From contig SYAP01000124.1 in assembly GCA_005787565.1 (NCBI GenBank), forward strand, positions 1 through 50,958: a stretch of DNA of 50,958 bases. Reading direction: 5' to 3'. Positions 32,501 to 42,583 of this stretch are shown piece after piece. Origin of the DNA: Verrucomicrobiaceae bacterium. GTDB lineage: Bacteria > Verrucomicrobiota > Verrucomicrobiia > Verrucomicrobiales > Akkermansiaceae. The translations under genes and the position numbers were made by a program. Positions within the stretch are counted from its first letter, which is position 1. Each line of letters starts with the position of its first letter. The notes beneath the pieces are model-generated. The model was not told the DNA's origin and searched no databases. It saw only the letters and a program-made list of their open reading frames with translations.

Positions 32501-33412
32501 AATGGCGATCTCACGATCCAGACATTCAACAATCCGGCCAATCCGGGGGTCGTGGCCACCGGAGGGATCACCGGAGGCATCACAGGCACCGGTAATGTGG
32601 TTCTCAACAACAACGGCCTGTCCGCCAACGTTTTCAATATCACGACTACCGCCATCAACCACACCGGCAGCCTCACCCTGCAAGGCACGGCCACCGGAAA
32701 CACCAACATCGGAGCGGTCATCGGATCGAATGTCACCGGCATTACGCAGAACAGCGCGACATCCCCCATGATCCTTAGCGGCGCGAACACTTATGCCTGC
32801 AACCTCACCATCAACACTGGCACGGTCCGGATCTCCGACAACTCCAACACTGCGAACGACTCCTCCACCGTCACCATCGCCGCGAGCGGAGCGACTCTCG
32901 ATCTCACCTATGCCGGCACCGACACCGTGGACAAACTGGTCATCGGTAACACCGAGCAGCCGGCCGGAATCTACGGGAAAATGGGTTCGGCCTCACCAAT
33001 CATCGGTATCTCCCAGATCACCGGCGACGGAACGCTGACCGTGGGCGCAGGTTCGTCCAACTTCGCTTCATGGGCCAACGATCCGCTGAAAGGCAACATC
33101 CCTGGCGAACCGGCCAACGGCGACTTCGACAACGACGGCATCGCCAACATCGTCGAATACGCCCTCGGCCTCGACCCACGGGTTTCCAGCCAGCCCCCAG
33201 GCACGCTTTCCGGAAATACGATCACCTACACCAAGGGTGCCGATGCGATTGCCAATGGCGACGTTTCCTGGGTGATAGAAACGTCTGAGACCCTTGCCGG
33301 CGATTCCTGGATCGAGGAGCCTGTGGTTCCAGGTGCCACGATCTCCTACACCTTCACACCGGGTACGCCGGTGAAAAAATTCGCCCGCCTCAAAGTGACA
33401 CAAATTCCCTGA
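29501..33412 (+). CDS. Large exoprotein with autotransporter-associated beta-strand repeats (no beta-barrel)
   Basis: Signal peptide; G/N/T/S-rich; about 4 repeats of the type LTKTGAGTLVLSG.NTFTGATTVNAGTL; C-terminal DFDNDGIANIVEYALGLDP...KKFARLKV. Confidence 0.88.
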   Translation: MKPRFTSLFKAFAASSFFTWFVTPVSAANLTWDTTSDDGAAVTSGSGNWNLTAGNTVWNDGATPNVIWSQTSTTDGSNTATFAGADGALNQYVVTLGTQVAAESLTFNSSGYQITGSTLALIVSPTAPISNGAITVAAGKTATINSILRYAHNNGANVSVGSGGTLNLGGGTTASNNPQWQLSGAGTLNLSAGTYTNNIGNFNAAAINLIGGTHAITPGNNNGASIGNAAGQNVSYTVSGTGNLTVNNNTTSGTGSGPSWLRLGNGDTGVSEAKLTVQTGGTVSIGNGKYGELQISGSATSNGKLDVQGGALTIAAGVPAANKIYFFKNGSSSGFAATMIQSDGTVTANGIQFGGDTGTYNAASSATLALSGGNLYVGAQGITRGSSASTLPVIIQLQDGTLGASGTWSSSLDMKLGAATIRAANSSGTAQNITLSGVLSDDEGTGTLTKTGAGTLVLSGGGNNTFTGATTVNAGTLDLGKVNAVSSSSSLTIANGAGLALSSSSSIVPNLTFVGTGTLSFNVADGHILTVSGTDGVTNSGAPGSITINITGTAPANGTYTLMGYSGTLQGSGFSAYALGSAPAGKSYTLIDTGSALQLSVSSAYTWTGAQSSEWSTAIIAGSKNWNLDGNPTDYADGLAVFFDDTAINKTVEITGADVMPQSVEFSSGTYTLQGTNKIVGPAPVMVAAAATLNLGSSDLLPDGVGSGNLMVNGIFDLNGFSETINALGGNGLVDNSAAATTSTLAVGAGAGGNFSGTIMNSAGTLALVKTGATDFTLSGNNSYSGATTINQNRLFITNGAAFSPNTAVTVNNGASFVLSASGNPAFSQTVTLASGANLSLRQAATLSNVTLPTSGSVTFNFDDVATQSLSLASDITLSGSLGVQIGGGAGTPGAITLTGILTGSGSLVKNGPGQLSLAGANTFEGGVTLRNGTINAITNNTALGTGTVILGGNGSTGATFITGRAIANPITVNAPDSGSVVIGANGNGSGYSLSGGISLNGDLTIQTFNNPANPGVVATGGITGGITGTGNVVLNNNGLSANVFNITTTAINHTGSLTLQGTATGNTNIGAVIGSNVTGITQNSATSPMILSGANTYACNLTINTGTVRISDNSNTANDSSTVTIAASGATLDLTYAGTDTVDKLVIGNTEQPAGIYGKMGSASPIIGISQITGDGTLTVGAGSSNFASWANDPLKGNIPGEPANGDFDNDGIANIVEYALGLDPRVSSQPPGTLSGNTITYTKGADAIANGDVSWVIETSETLAGDSWIEEPVVPGATISYTFTPGTPVKKFARLKVTQIP

Positions 33413-33744
33413 TCGGTCCTCCTTGATGTCGAATGGGAGGCGTCCCGGCGAAATGAGGCACCCCTGAGGCAATCGAACCGACCGGCCAGAAAAGTGGCGT
33501 GCATTCTATCCAATTTGTCATCATCCGCCTATTTGCCAAATGCCGCAGTTTCATCGGTTCCGCAACCCTCAACCTCGTGCCAGTTTCTAACAAAAAAAAC
33601 CAAGCCTGTCGAAGGGAAAAAGGCGGATCTGTCCGCAAGTTCCGCCACTCCATTGGAGCGCCCGAACTCTTTTGAATCGTCATGTTGCTCCGTCGTCCTC
33701 ATTCCAGACTGGTCAAATTGCCTGCGGATTCACAAGCTCCGCGC

Positions 33745-34764
33745 ATGTCGATTGCCAACGGTGGTGCGAAACTCCGTGATATCGCCGAACTGCTCGGTTG
33801 CTCGGTTGCCACAGTCTCCAACGCCATCAACGGCCGTGGTAGGATCAGCGCGGACATGCGGAAGCAGATCCTCGACAAGTGTGCCGAGTTGAATTTTGTA
33901 CCGAATTCCGCAGGACGCAGCCTGCGCCTGCAGCGGACCGATGCCGTTGGAGTGATCTACGCCCCGTCGTTCGCCGAACTGTTCGGCAACGTCTTCTACG
34001 CCCGCATCATGGAAGGCTTGTCGGAAACCTTCGGCGAGGCCGGCCTCGATCTGGTGCTCGGCAACCGCAGGGACGCCGACGGAATGCCCTCAGTGATTCG
34101 CCAAGGCAAGGTCGATGCTCTTGTGGTATTGGCCGGCGTGTTCACCGCAGCCGATTACGAGACATTGCGTCACTGTCCGGTGCCGCTCTGCATCGTGGAT
34201 GGCTGTGTCCGTTCGTTCGATGCTGATTCGTTGACCACTGATGGTTTCGGCGGTGGCCAGCAGGTGGCGGAGCACCTCTACCAATATGGTCACCGCAAGG
34301 TCGTGATGATTGCCTACCGAAATCCACTCTATAACATCGAGCAGCGCATCGCGGGATTCTTTTCCGGGTTGCGGGCCTGCGGTATCGAAGCCAGTGAGGC
34401 GGATTCCCTCATCCGGGTGGATAATGACAAGGAGGCGGCCAACGAGCTTCTAGCGCGTCTCAACTCCCAGAACCCGCCAACCGCCGTCTTCGCGGTGAAC
34501 GATACGATGGCTTTGAATCTGATGGATGCCATCGAGCAAGCCGGGCGGTCCATACCGGACGACGTTTCCATCGTTGGCTTCGACGACGATCCGATGGCCG
34601 TTCGCGCACGGCCGCCATTGACCACCGTCAGTCTGAAGAAACGCGATATCGGGGCGGTGAGCGCAGGCCTCGTGCTCGACCGCCTCGCCCATCCCGATAA
34701 ACCCGTCGTCCATCAGGTGCAACCGACTCGGTTGGTCTCCAGAGAGTCGGTCGCCCATCGCTAA
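33745..34764 (+). CDS. LacI-family transcriptional regulator
   Basis: HTH LRDIAELLGCSVATVSNAING, PNSAGRSL, IPDDVSIVGFDD, PPLTTV. Start 33745 or 33682. Confidence 0.95.
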   Translation: MSIANGGAKLRDIAELLGCSVATVSNAINGRGRISADMRKQILDKCAELNFVPNSAGRSLRLQRTDAVGVIYAPSFAELFGNVFYARIMEGLSETFGEAGLDLVLGNRRDADGMPSVIRQGKVDALVVLAGVFTAADYETLRHCPVPLCIVDGCVRSFDADSLTTDGFGGGQQVAEHLYQYGHRKVVMIAYRNPLYNIEQRIAGFFSGLRACGIEASEADSLIRVDNDKEAANELLARLNSQNPPTAVFAVNDTMALNLMDAIEQAGRSIPDDVSIVGFDDDPMAVRARPPLTTVSLKKRDIGAVSAGLVLDRLAHPDKPVVHQVQPTRLVSRESVAHR

Positions 34765-34828
34765 CTGCGGATTTCAATCTCAATCACCTGACTGTGCCTT
34801 GAAGAGAAAACGTTTCACCTCTGACGGA

Positions 34829-36514
34829 ATGTCGGGCATTCCGCCTGAATCTAGCAGCCTTTGTCATGTAAGACTTAGTGGACTGTTGCTAGTGCTTTTT
34901 GGGTTGGCGCTGTCTTCCTTTGCTGCCCACCACCTCAACATCATTCTTATCATCACCGATGACCAGAGCCCTCGCAATCCGCCGACGCCGGAGTATCCCA
35001 AACTGGGTTCGCCGTCGGGCTTCGGCTTTGGTGGCGACCGGGCGCTCACGCCGCACATCGATCGTTTGGCGCGCGAGGGAATGGTGATGACCAATGCGAA
35101 TGTATCGTGTCCCGATTGCTCTCCCTCCCGCTACACCACCCTGACAGGCCGCTTCGCGAAGAGGAGTCAGGGAGCGGCATTCAAGCGCTTGTTTCCCATC
35201 GGCACAATGGCGCGCCCGGAAAACAACGTGGAACTCGGCAAAGACGAAGCGAGCCTGCCACGCCTGCTTCAAGCCGCGGGTTATACGACCGCATGGGTCG
35301 GAAAATGCCTTATTCTCGATCAGGAAATCCTCGAAAAAACCATACTCTGGGGCACCCCTGTCGCGCCGGGCTTGAACTGTTATCCCCTTGAAAGCGACCC
35401 AAGAACCGACCCGAAGACCAACCACGCAATGCGCGACAACCAGCAGTGGTGGCGTTCTCGCATTCGCAAAGAGGGCTTCGATTGGGTAGGCGCTGTCTAT
35501 CCGGGCAACCTACTCGAACTTTTCAACAAGCAGTCCAATGTCCACAACGTCGAATGGACCACCCGCTCGGTGCTTGATTTCCTCAACACGCGTTCTCCAG
35601 ATGGCGAGCCGCCCTTTTTCCTCTATTACGGCACCACCATCCCGCACGGCCCCAATCCATGTGAGAAATCAAAAGCAGGTTTTACCAACGCTCTGGACTC
35701 CGATCCCAGCTACACCGGAGAAGGCTATCGAATCGATCTCGACTACTCATTCATGCCTTCACGCGCGTCGATCAAGAAAGAAGTCGCCGCAGCTGGCTTC
35801 GATATGAAACACGCATGGCTGACGTGGTTCGACCACTCGATCGGCGCGATCCTGCGCAAACTCGATGAGCGCGGACTCGCGCGTCACACGCTGGTGATCG
35901 TTACCTCCGACCACGGCACCTGGCGATACGGCAAGACGACGCTTTATGATGGCGGCCTCAAGGTGCCGCTCGTGATGCGTTGGCCTGCCGGAATACGCCC
36001 GGGTTCAAGTTACCCTCATCTCGTTCTCAACACGGACTACGCCGCCACCCTCTTCGATCTCGCCGGAGTCAAGTTGCCTGATACCTACAAGCTCGATGGT
36101 CTATCATTGGCCCCTGTGCTGTACGGCGAAAAATCCGGCCCCTTGCGCGAGGAAACCTTCCACGAGATTGGCTTCGCACGCGCCGTGAAGACATCGAAGT
36201 GGAAATACATCGCCGTGCGCTATCCGCAGGAAATCCAGCGCCGCATCGACTCTGGCGAAAAGTTCCCAGCCTTCGGTGATGCTCCGCCGAATCCAATCCC
36301 CTATCTGGTGGCCAACAAATACCTCGGATATCACAGCTCACGCCACAACCCGAACTATTTCCAGAAGGATCAACTCTACGATCTTGAAAACGATCCTCGG
36401 GAAAAAACCAATCTCATTGATTGCCATCCCGAAGTGGTCGCCGATCTCAAAGCCAGCCTCAGGAAGCACCTCATCACTTTTCCGGACAGGCCTTTCGGAG
36501 AGTTCACCCGCTAA
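34829..36514 (+). CDS. Sulfatase (S1, Cys-type) with GKCL in place of GKxH
   Basis: NIILIITDDQ, CSPSR, SDHG, QLYDLENDPRE. Start uncertain (34799 TTG or 34829 ATG). Confidence 0.9.
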   Translation: MSGIPPESSSLCHVRLSGLLLVLFGLALSSFAAHHLNIILIITDDQSPRNPPTPEYPKLGSPSGFGFGGDRALTPHIDRLAREGMVMTNANVSCPDCSPSRYTTLTGRFAKRSQGAAFKRLFPIGTMARPENNVELGKDEASLPRLLQAAGYTTAWVGKCLILDQEILEKTILWGTPVAPGLNCYPLESDPRTDPKTNHAMRDNQQWWRSRIRKEGFDWVGAVYPGNLLELFNKQSNVHNVEWTTRSVLDFLNTRSPDGEPPFFLYYGTTIPHGPNPCEKSKAGFTNALDSDPSYTGEGYRIDLDYSFMPSRASIKKEVAAAGFDMKHAWLTWFDHSIGAILRKLDERGLARHTLVIVTSDHGTWRYGKTTLYDGGLKVPLVMRWPAGIRPGSSYPHLVLNTDYAATLFDLAGVKLPDTYKLDGLSLAPVLYGEKSGPLREETFHEIGFARAVKTSKWKYIAVRYPQEIQRRIDSGEKFPAFGDAPPNPIPYLVANKYLGYHSSRHNPNYFQKDQLYDLENDPREKTNLIDCHPEVVADLKASLRKHLITFPDRPFGEFTR

Positions 36515-36520
36515 ATCCAA

Positions 36521-38521
36521 ATGACACTCACAAGCTACTTCGGAATCATCGACTATGTCTTCATGGGGCTCTATGTCCTCGTCTTGATTTTCCTCGGATT
36601 CTATCTCAAGCGCCTCGCTTCACGCAGTCTTGATAACTATATCTGCGGCGGGAAAAACATTCCGTGGTGGGCGATGGGCGTATCGGGCATGGCGAGCTTC
36701 CTTGATCTCGCCGGCACTGCCGTGATTGTCTCCTTTCTTTTCCTGATGGGGCCCAAGGGCTTGTTCGTTGAGTTTCGCGGCGGCGCGGTGCTGGTGCTTC
36801 CGTTCATGATGCTGTGGACCGGCAAATGGCACCGCCGTTCCGGTTGTCTCACTGGTGCCCAATGGAACATCTATCGATTCGGCGATTGCTGGGGCGGCCG
36901 GGCTTCTCAATTGATGGGCGTGATCGCCACGGTCCTCACGACCATCGGCATGCTCGCCTACCTGATCATCGGTGCGGGGATCTTCCTCTCGACCTTCCTG
37001 CCATTTTCGCCCGAGGCCTGTTCGCTGACTTTGCTGGTGATGGCCACGCTCTACACGATGATGTCCGGATTCTATGGCGTGATTTTCACCGATCTCTTCC
37101 AAGTCGCCATCATCCTCGTGGCGGTGATCTATGTTTCCGTTAAAGCCTTCAACGGGGTGAGCGATGCCGAAGAAATCTCGCAGATCGCCATGAAGGTGAC
37201 CGGCAGCCCTGACTGGATCAACGCCGCGCCACAATGGAATGTCCATGTGCCCGAAGGATATGAAGTATATAAACACCTGCTCATCTTTGCTTCGTTTTAT
37301 CTGCTCCGGACCATCGTCGCCGGACTCGGCACCGGTGCGGACCCGCGCTACTTCGGCGCGAAGAACGACCGCGAGTGCGGCAAGCTCTCGATGCTGTGGA
37401 CTGTCCTGATGACCGTGCGCTGGCCGATGATGATCGGCATCGCCGTGATGGGGCTCTATCTGGTGAATGACTTGCTGCCGGAGCAAGCAAAGCTCAAGCA
37501 AGCGGCAGCGTTGATCCATGACGCCCACCCAGAAACCGCCAAGCCTCAATGGGGCACGCTCATTTCCTCGATTGCCAACACGCCCGGCAAGCAAGACCCC
37601 GCGTTGGTGCGCTCGTTGAAATCCCTGCTCGGCGAGGACAAGTGGGCGGAGAAGTTAAACCTGCTAAGTTATGAGGGAACCGTGAATCCGGAGAAAATAC
37701 TGTCAGCGGTGCTGATGATGTCGGTGGCGGAGGGCATGCGCGGCGTGCTGGTGATTGCATTGATCGCCGCCGCACTTTCCACTTTTGGCAGTTGGGTAAA
37801 TTTGGCAACCGGACAGTTTGTGAATGATTTCTATAAGATATGGGTCCGCCCACAGGCCCAGACTCGCGAGTTGATCTTCGCCAGTTGGGGAACGGTGCTG
37901 GGGATTGTGACATGCAGCTTCCTGTTTTCGCTAACTCTGGACAGCATCAATGACATCTGGGGATGGATGATGATGGGATTTGGCGCAGGCTTCCTCGTGC
38001 CGGCATTCTTGCGTCTCTATTGGTGGCGTTTCAATGGCACCGCCAGTGCGATCGGTACGCTGATCGGAATCGTGGCGGCCATCGTCCAGCGATTGCTTTG
38101 GCCTGATCTCAACGAGGTCTGGCAGTTTGTGTTCGTATTGACTGTTGGTTTTGTCAGTTCGGTCACCGTGGCACTGCTCACGGAACCCACCGATCCAAAG
38201 GTGCTGCGCAAGATGTACCTAGAAACTCGCCCCTTTGGAGTGTGGGGACATTTGAAAAACACGCTGTCTTCGGAGCAGCGTGCCAAAACCTCGCGCGAAC
38301 ACCGCCAGGACCTCATCGCGTTGCCCTTAGCACTGGTTTGGCAGACGACGCTTTTCCTCGCGCCCATGCTTTTCATCATTCACAACTGGCAGGGCTTCGC
38401 CGCTGCGTCCGCCATCTGCATTGGGTCCTTCGCTGCGATTTGGTTTTTCTGGTTCCGTCATCAACCCAAAGGGAATCTCTATGAATCATTCCATGAAACG
38501 AACGCCGAGCAAAGTCATTGA
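36521..38521 (+). CDS. Sodium:solute symporter (SSS family)
   Basis: DY.FMGLY...[16 protein letters not shown], many TM segments, IAAALST. Confidence 0.93.
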   Translation: MTLTSYFGIIDYVFMGLYVLVLIFLGFYLKRLASRSLDNYICGGKNIPWWAMGVSGMASFLDLAGTAVIVSFLFLMGPKGLFVEFRGGAVLVLPFMMLWTGKWHRRSGCLTGAQWNIYRFGDCWGGRASQLMGVIATVLTTIGMLAYLIIGAGIFLSTFLPFSPEACSLTLLVMATLYTMMSGFYGVIFTDLFQVAIILVAVIYVSVKAFNGVSDAEEISQIAMKVTGSPDWINAAPQWNVHVPEGYEVYKHLLIFASFYLLRTIVAGLGTGADPRYFGAKNDRECGKLSMLWTVLMTVRWPMMIGIAVMGLYLVNDLLPEQAKLKQAAALIHDAHPETAKPQWGTLISSIANTPGKQDPALVRSLKSLLGEDKWAEKLNLLSYEGTVNPEKILSAVLMMSVAEGMRGVLVIALIAAALSTFGSWVNLATGQFVNDFYKIWVRPQAQTRELIFASWGTVLGIVTCSFLFSLTLDSINDIWGWMMMGFGAGFLVPAFLRLYWWRFNGTASAIGTLIGIVAAIVQRLLWPDLNEVWQFVFVLTVGFVSSVTVALLTEPTDPKVLRKMYLETRPFGVWGHLKNTLSSEQRAKTSREHRQDLIALPLALVWQTTLFLAPMLFIIHNWQGFAAASAICIGSFAAIWFFWFRHQPKGNLYESFHETNAEQSH

Positions 38522-39815
38522 CGCAATGATGGCGTTTATCTGCATTCTCGCCATGGTTGCATGCCAAAAGCCATCATCCGAGCGCGCAGAGAACCAAGTG
38601 GTGCGTGTCGACGCGTCGACGCTCACCGGCCAGGTGATGTGTGGTTACCAGGGATGGTTCCGCTCGCCTAATGATGGCGAAGGGCTGAACTGGAAACATT
38701 ACCGCAACCAAACGAGCGGCGAATTCAAGCCCGGCGAGGCAGGCATCGAGTTCTGGCCGGACATGTCGGAGCTTGCCGAGCATGAGCGCTTCGACACCGC
38801 GTTCCGCCATGCCGATGGAAGTGTCGCCCAGGTCTTCAGCTCGGCAGTTCGCGATACGGTCTTCCGCCATTTCAAATGGATGAGGGAATACGGTATCGAT
38901 GGTGTGTTTGTGCAGCGCTTCGCCACCGAGGTGACCGCTCCCGGTGGCGGACGGGCCGACAACAAGGAGTCCCGCTCCGTCAACCGCGTGCTGGAGCATT
39001 GCCGCGCCGGTGCTGAACAGCATGGAAGGACCTATGCGGTGATGTATGACCTCACCAGCATGTCTGCCGCACGCATCGCTGCCGTGAAAGATGACTGGCG
39101 TTTCCTTGTGAAGGAAATGGGTATTCTCAAGGACGCCGTCTATCAGAAACATGCCGGCCGCCCTGTGGTCGCACTGTGGGGTGTGGGTTTCAACAGGCGC
39201 GCTTATGGTCCGGACCAGATCGGACCTCTGTTGGATTTCCTCAAGAATGATCCTGAATGCGGTGGCATGACCGTCATGCTCGGAGTGCCCACCCACTGGC
39301 GCGCCGGTGATCGTGATGCCGGTCCGTTTTCGGATTGGGAAAAGATCTATCTTGCCGCTGATATCATTTCGCCATGGACGGTCGGACGCTTCGGTGGAAT
39401 CGATGCTGCACAGCGATACGCCTCCGAGATCGCCAAGTCCGATCACGAATGGTGTGTGGCTCACAAGAAGGAACACATGCCGGTGGTTTTCCCCGGCTTT
39501 TCCTGGTCAAATTTGAAGAAAGGCACCAAGGAAAATCCCGATGCTTTCATTGATCGGGAGGGTGGCCGATTCCTCTGGTCGCAATACGATTCGCTCGTCC
39601 GGACTGCCGGCGCAACGATGGTCTATCAGGCCATGTTTGATGAGCTCGACGAAGGAACTCACATCTTCAAGTCCACCAATAACCCGCCTGTGGGTGACAG
39701 TCGCTTCCTGACTCATGACGGCCTTCCCACGGACCACTACCTGTGGTTGGTCGGTGAGGCGACACGACGGGTGAGGGGAGAGGCTCCATTCACAAGCGAA
39801 CTACCCAAACGATGA
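38481..39815 (+). CDS. GH99/GH71-like (xylosidase/arabinosidase-annotated) glycoside hydrolase lipoprotein
   Basis: Lipobox MVAC; [43 protein letters not shown]. Start 38481 or 38493. Confidence 0.8.
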   Translation: MNHSMKRTPSKVIDAMMAFICILAMVACQKPSSERAENQVVRVDASTLTGQVMCGYQGWFRSPNDGEGLNWKHYRNQTSGEFKPGEAGIEFWPDMSELAEHERFDTAFRHADGSVAQVFSSAVRDTVFRHFKWMREYGIDGVFVQRFATEVTAPGGGRADNKESRSVNRVLEHCRAGAEQHGRTYAVMYDLTSMSAARIAAVKDDWRFLVKEMGILKDAVYQKHAGRPVVALWGVGFNRRAYGPDQIGPLLDFLKNDPECGGMTVMLGVPTHWRAGDRDAGPFSDWEKIYLAADIISPWTVGRFGGIDAAQRYASEIAKSDHEWCVAHKKEHMPVVFPGFSWSNLKKGTKENPDAFIDREGGRFLWSQYDSLVRTAGATMVYQAMFDELDEGTHIFKSTNNPPVGDSRFLTHDGLPTDHYLWLVGEATRRVRGEAPFTSELPKR

Positions 39816-41170
39816 AACCATTTCTCATTTTACTGTGTTTGGCCATACACGCGCTTGCTGCCGAGCGTCCCAACATCGTCCTCATTTTCCTCGACGACGC
39901 TGCCTACTCGGATTTTCGCCCCTTCGGAAAACCACCCTACGCTACTCCGAATGTGGAGCGCCTCGCCGCCGAGGGAGTGCGATACACCCGCTTTCATGTG
40001 CCACAGGCCGTTTGTTCGGCGTCCCGCGCGGCTCTACTCACCGGTCGCTATCCACACCGTAACCGCGTCGTCAATGCCATCGCTCCGGGAAGACCAGGAC
40101 TGAGCCCCGAGCACCCCATCATCGCTGAAACGCTCAAACAGCACGGTTATGCCACCGCTCATTTTGGCAAATGGCATCTGGGCGACATCCCCTCAACGCG
40201 CCCCATGGCCCGCGGCTTTGACCAATACGCGGGTCTCCTCGTTTCCAATGACATGTGGCGCCACAATCCCGCGTGGATGAAACGGGTCGGTGACGGCCCA
40301 CTTCCATACTGGGAAGACGGCGCGATCAAGATCCCAGATGTAAGCCCCGATGATCAAAAGCATCTCACCGCCTGGGCCACCGAAGCTGCCACACGCTTCA
40401 TCCGCTCACAGGCGCGAAAACACCCGTTTTTCCTCTATGTCGCCCACTCGATGCCGCACGTCCCGCTTTATTGTCGTGATGAATTCAAAGGCAAATCCGG
40501 CGCGGGTCTTTACGGCGATGTCATCACGGAAATCGACTGGTCGGTGGGTGAAATCATGACCGCCCTTCGCGAGACCGCAGTGGAAAAAGATACCATCGTC
40601 CTTCTCACCTCGGACAACGGCCCTTGGGAGGAATTCGGTAATCACGCGGGTAAAACACCGTTTCGCGAACACAAGGGCACCAGCTTCGAGGGGGGCGTCC
40701 GCTCCGCTCTGACTGTTCGATTTCCGCGCGAACTCAAGCCTGGCACGGTGAACGATCGCGCCTTCGGTTCCATCGATCTCTATCCGACCCTTGCCGCGCT
40801 TACCGGAGTCCCTTTGCAGGAGAAGGACACCGATGGCAAAAATGTCTGGCCGCTCATGCGCGGCGATGAAGGGGCGAAGAATCCACATGATCATTACTTC
40901 ATCTCGACCGGCTGGGACCTCGAAGCCGTCATGAGCGCCGACGGTAAATGGAAACTCCACCTGCCTCACGGATACCGCGATGTCATCCGTCCCGGCCAAG
41001 ACGGAGGACGGGGTGAAACCAAAACCTCCATGATCGAGGAATCGCTATTCAATCTGATCGATGATCCTCTCGAGCAAGAGAACCTCATCACAAAGCATCC
41101 CGAAATCGCCACTGAACTCCGCAAGGCGGGTGCCGATTATTTGAAGCGATTTGCATTATCAAGCAAATGA
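39812..41170 (+). CDS. Sulfatase (S1, Cys-type)
   Basis: Signal peptide, [23 protein letters not shown]; ATGA overlap with the upstream gene. Confidence 0.95.
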   Translation: MKPFLILLCLAIHALAAERPNIVLIFLDDAAYSDFRPFGKPPYATPNVERLAAEGVRYTRFHVPQAVCSASRAALLTGRYPHRNRVVNAIAPGRPGLSPEHPIIAETLKQHGYATAHFGKWHLGDIPSTRPMARGFDQYAGLLVSNDMWRHNPAWMKRVGDGPLPYWEDGAIKIPDVSPDDQKHLTAWATEAATRFIRSQARKHPFFLYVAHSMPHVPLYCRDEFKGKSGAGLYGDVITEIDWSVGEIMTALRETAVEKDTIVLLTSDNGPWEEFGNHAGKTPFREHKGTSFEGGVRSALTVRFPRELKPGTVNDRAFGSIDLYPTLAALTGVPLQEKDTDGKNVWPLMRGDEGAKNPHDHYFISTGWDLEAVMSADGKWKLHLPHGYRDVIRPGQDGGRGETKTSMIEESLFNLIDDPLEQENLITKHPEIATELRKAGADYLKRFALSSK

Positions 41171-42570
41171 AGCGCGAGAGATCAAAACTTCCATCCACCC
41201 GTGCATCAGCCCTGTTGCACTGTATACCGCTTTGCGTTGCGATGTTGGCGATCTGCGCGGTCGCCGCTCCGGTCCGGCCGAACTTTCTTCTCATTCTAAC
41301 AGACGATCACGGCTACGGCGATGTCTCGACTTATGGCGCGTCGGATGTGCGGACACCGCATATCGACCGCATCGCCAACGAAGGCATGCTTTTCACCGCC
41401 ATGCGTGCGAACTGCACCGTTTGCTCACCCACACGAGCCGCGCTGCTCACCGGCCGCTACGCAGACTGTGTCGGCGTGCCGGGGGTGATCCGCACCAACC
41501 CGCAGGATTCGTGGGGATACTTTGATCCGAAAGTGCCGACTCTCGCCGATCTGCTTCGCGGCGCAGGCTATCACACCGCGATCATCGGCAAGTGGCATCT
41601 CGGTCTCGAATCGCCGAACACACCGAACGAACGTGGTTTCGATCATTTCCATGGTTTCCTCGGGGACATGATGGACAGTTATACAAAACACCTCCGTCAC
41701 GGCAAAAACTACATGCGGCATGACAAGGAAGTAATCACGCCCAAGGGCCACGCCACCGACCTGTTTTCCGACTGGGCCGCGGAGTATCTGCGGGGGCGGG
41801 CAAAGGTGGCGGGCGAGCCGTTCTTTCTTTATCTCGCTTACAACGCGCCGCATTTTCCGATCGAGCCTCCCGCCGATTGGCTCGAAAAAGTTAAACATCG
41901 TCATCCCGGCATGAAGGAGGACCGCGCGAGCAATGTCGCCTTCGTCGAGCATCTCGACGCCGGCATCGGGCGCGTGCTTGCCGCCCTTGATGACTCGGGG
42001 CTCGCGCAGAACACCGTGGTCGTCTTCACCGCTGACAACGGCGGCTCGCTGCCACATGCGCAAAACAATGCCCCCTGGCGCGGTGGCAAGCAGGAGCATT
42101 ATGACGGCGGCTTGCGCGTTCCGTTCATGGTTCGCTGGCCTGCGGGGATCAAACCGGGCTCCCGTAGCGACTATGCGGGCTTGTTGTTCGATTTGTTTCC
42201 CACCTTTGCCGAACTCGCCGGCCAGCGCCCCTTTGCGGATCTCGATGCAAGGAGCTTGCGAACCGTTTTTGAAGGCGGCGAAATCAATCAACCGCGCGAC
42301 CTGTATTTCGTCCGCCGCGAGGGTGGTTTCAAATATGGCGGCAACAGCTACGAGGCGCTTATTCGAGGCGATTGGAAAATCCTGCGCAACGATCCTTTCA
42401 GCCCCTACGAATTATATCATCTCAAAAAAGACCCGCAGGAAACCACCAACCTCGCGACAGTCCATCGTGAAAAATTTGAGGAACTCGCCGCGGCCCTCCG
42501 CCTTCAGATCCAGCGCGGCGGAGCCACTCCATGGCAGCCTGCCAATGGCCGATCCCTTCTGGGGGAATGA
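41167..42570 (+). CDS. Sulfatase (S1, Cys-type)
   Basis: [23 protein letters not shown]; ATGA overlap with the upstream gene. Confidence 0.95.
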   Translation: MKRERSKLPSTRASALLHCIPLCVAMLAICAVAAPVRPNFLLILTDDHGYGDVSTYGASDVRTPHIDRIANEGMLFTAMRANCTVCSPTRAALLTGRYADCVGVPGVIRTNPQDSWGYFDPKVPTLADLLRGAGYHTAIIGKWHLGLESPNTPNERGFDHFHGFLGDMMDSYTKHLRHGKNYMRHDKEVITPKGHATDLFSDWAAEYLRGRAKVAGEPFFLYLAYNAPHFPIEPPADWLEKVKHRHPGMKEDRASNVAFVEHLDAGIGRVLAALDDSGLAQNTVVVFTADNGGSLPHAQNNAPWRGGKQEHYDGGLRVPFMVRWPAGIKPGSRSDYAGLLFDLFPTFAELAGQRPFADLDARSLRTVFEGGEINQPRDLYFVRREGGFKYGGNSYEALIRGDWKILRNDPFSPYELYHLKKDPQETTNLATVHREKFEELAAALRLQIQRGGATPWQPANGRSLLGE

Positions 42571-42583
42571 TTTCCGAACCATC

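Noticed and set aside
41933-42583. 697-aa ORF suggesting an N-terminally extended sulfatase
   Set aside because: The extension overlaps the previous sulfatase in another frame; the signal peptide starts at 42584.
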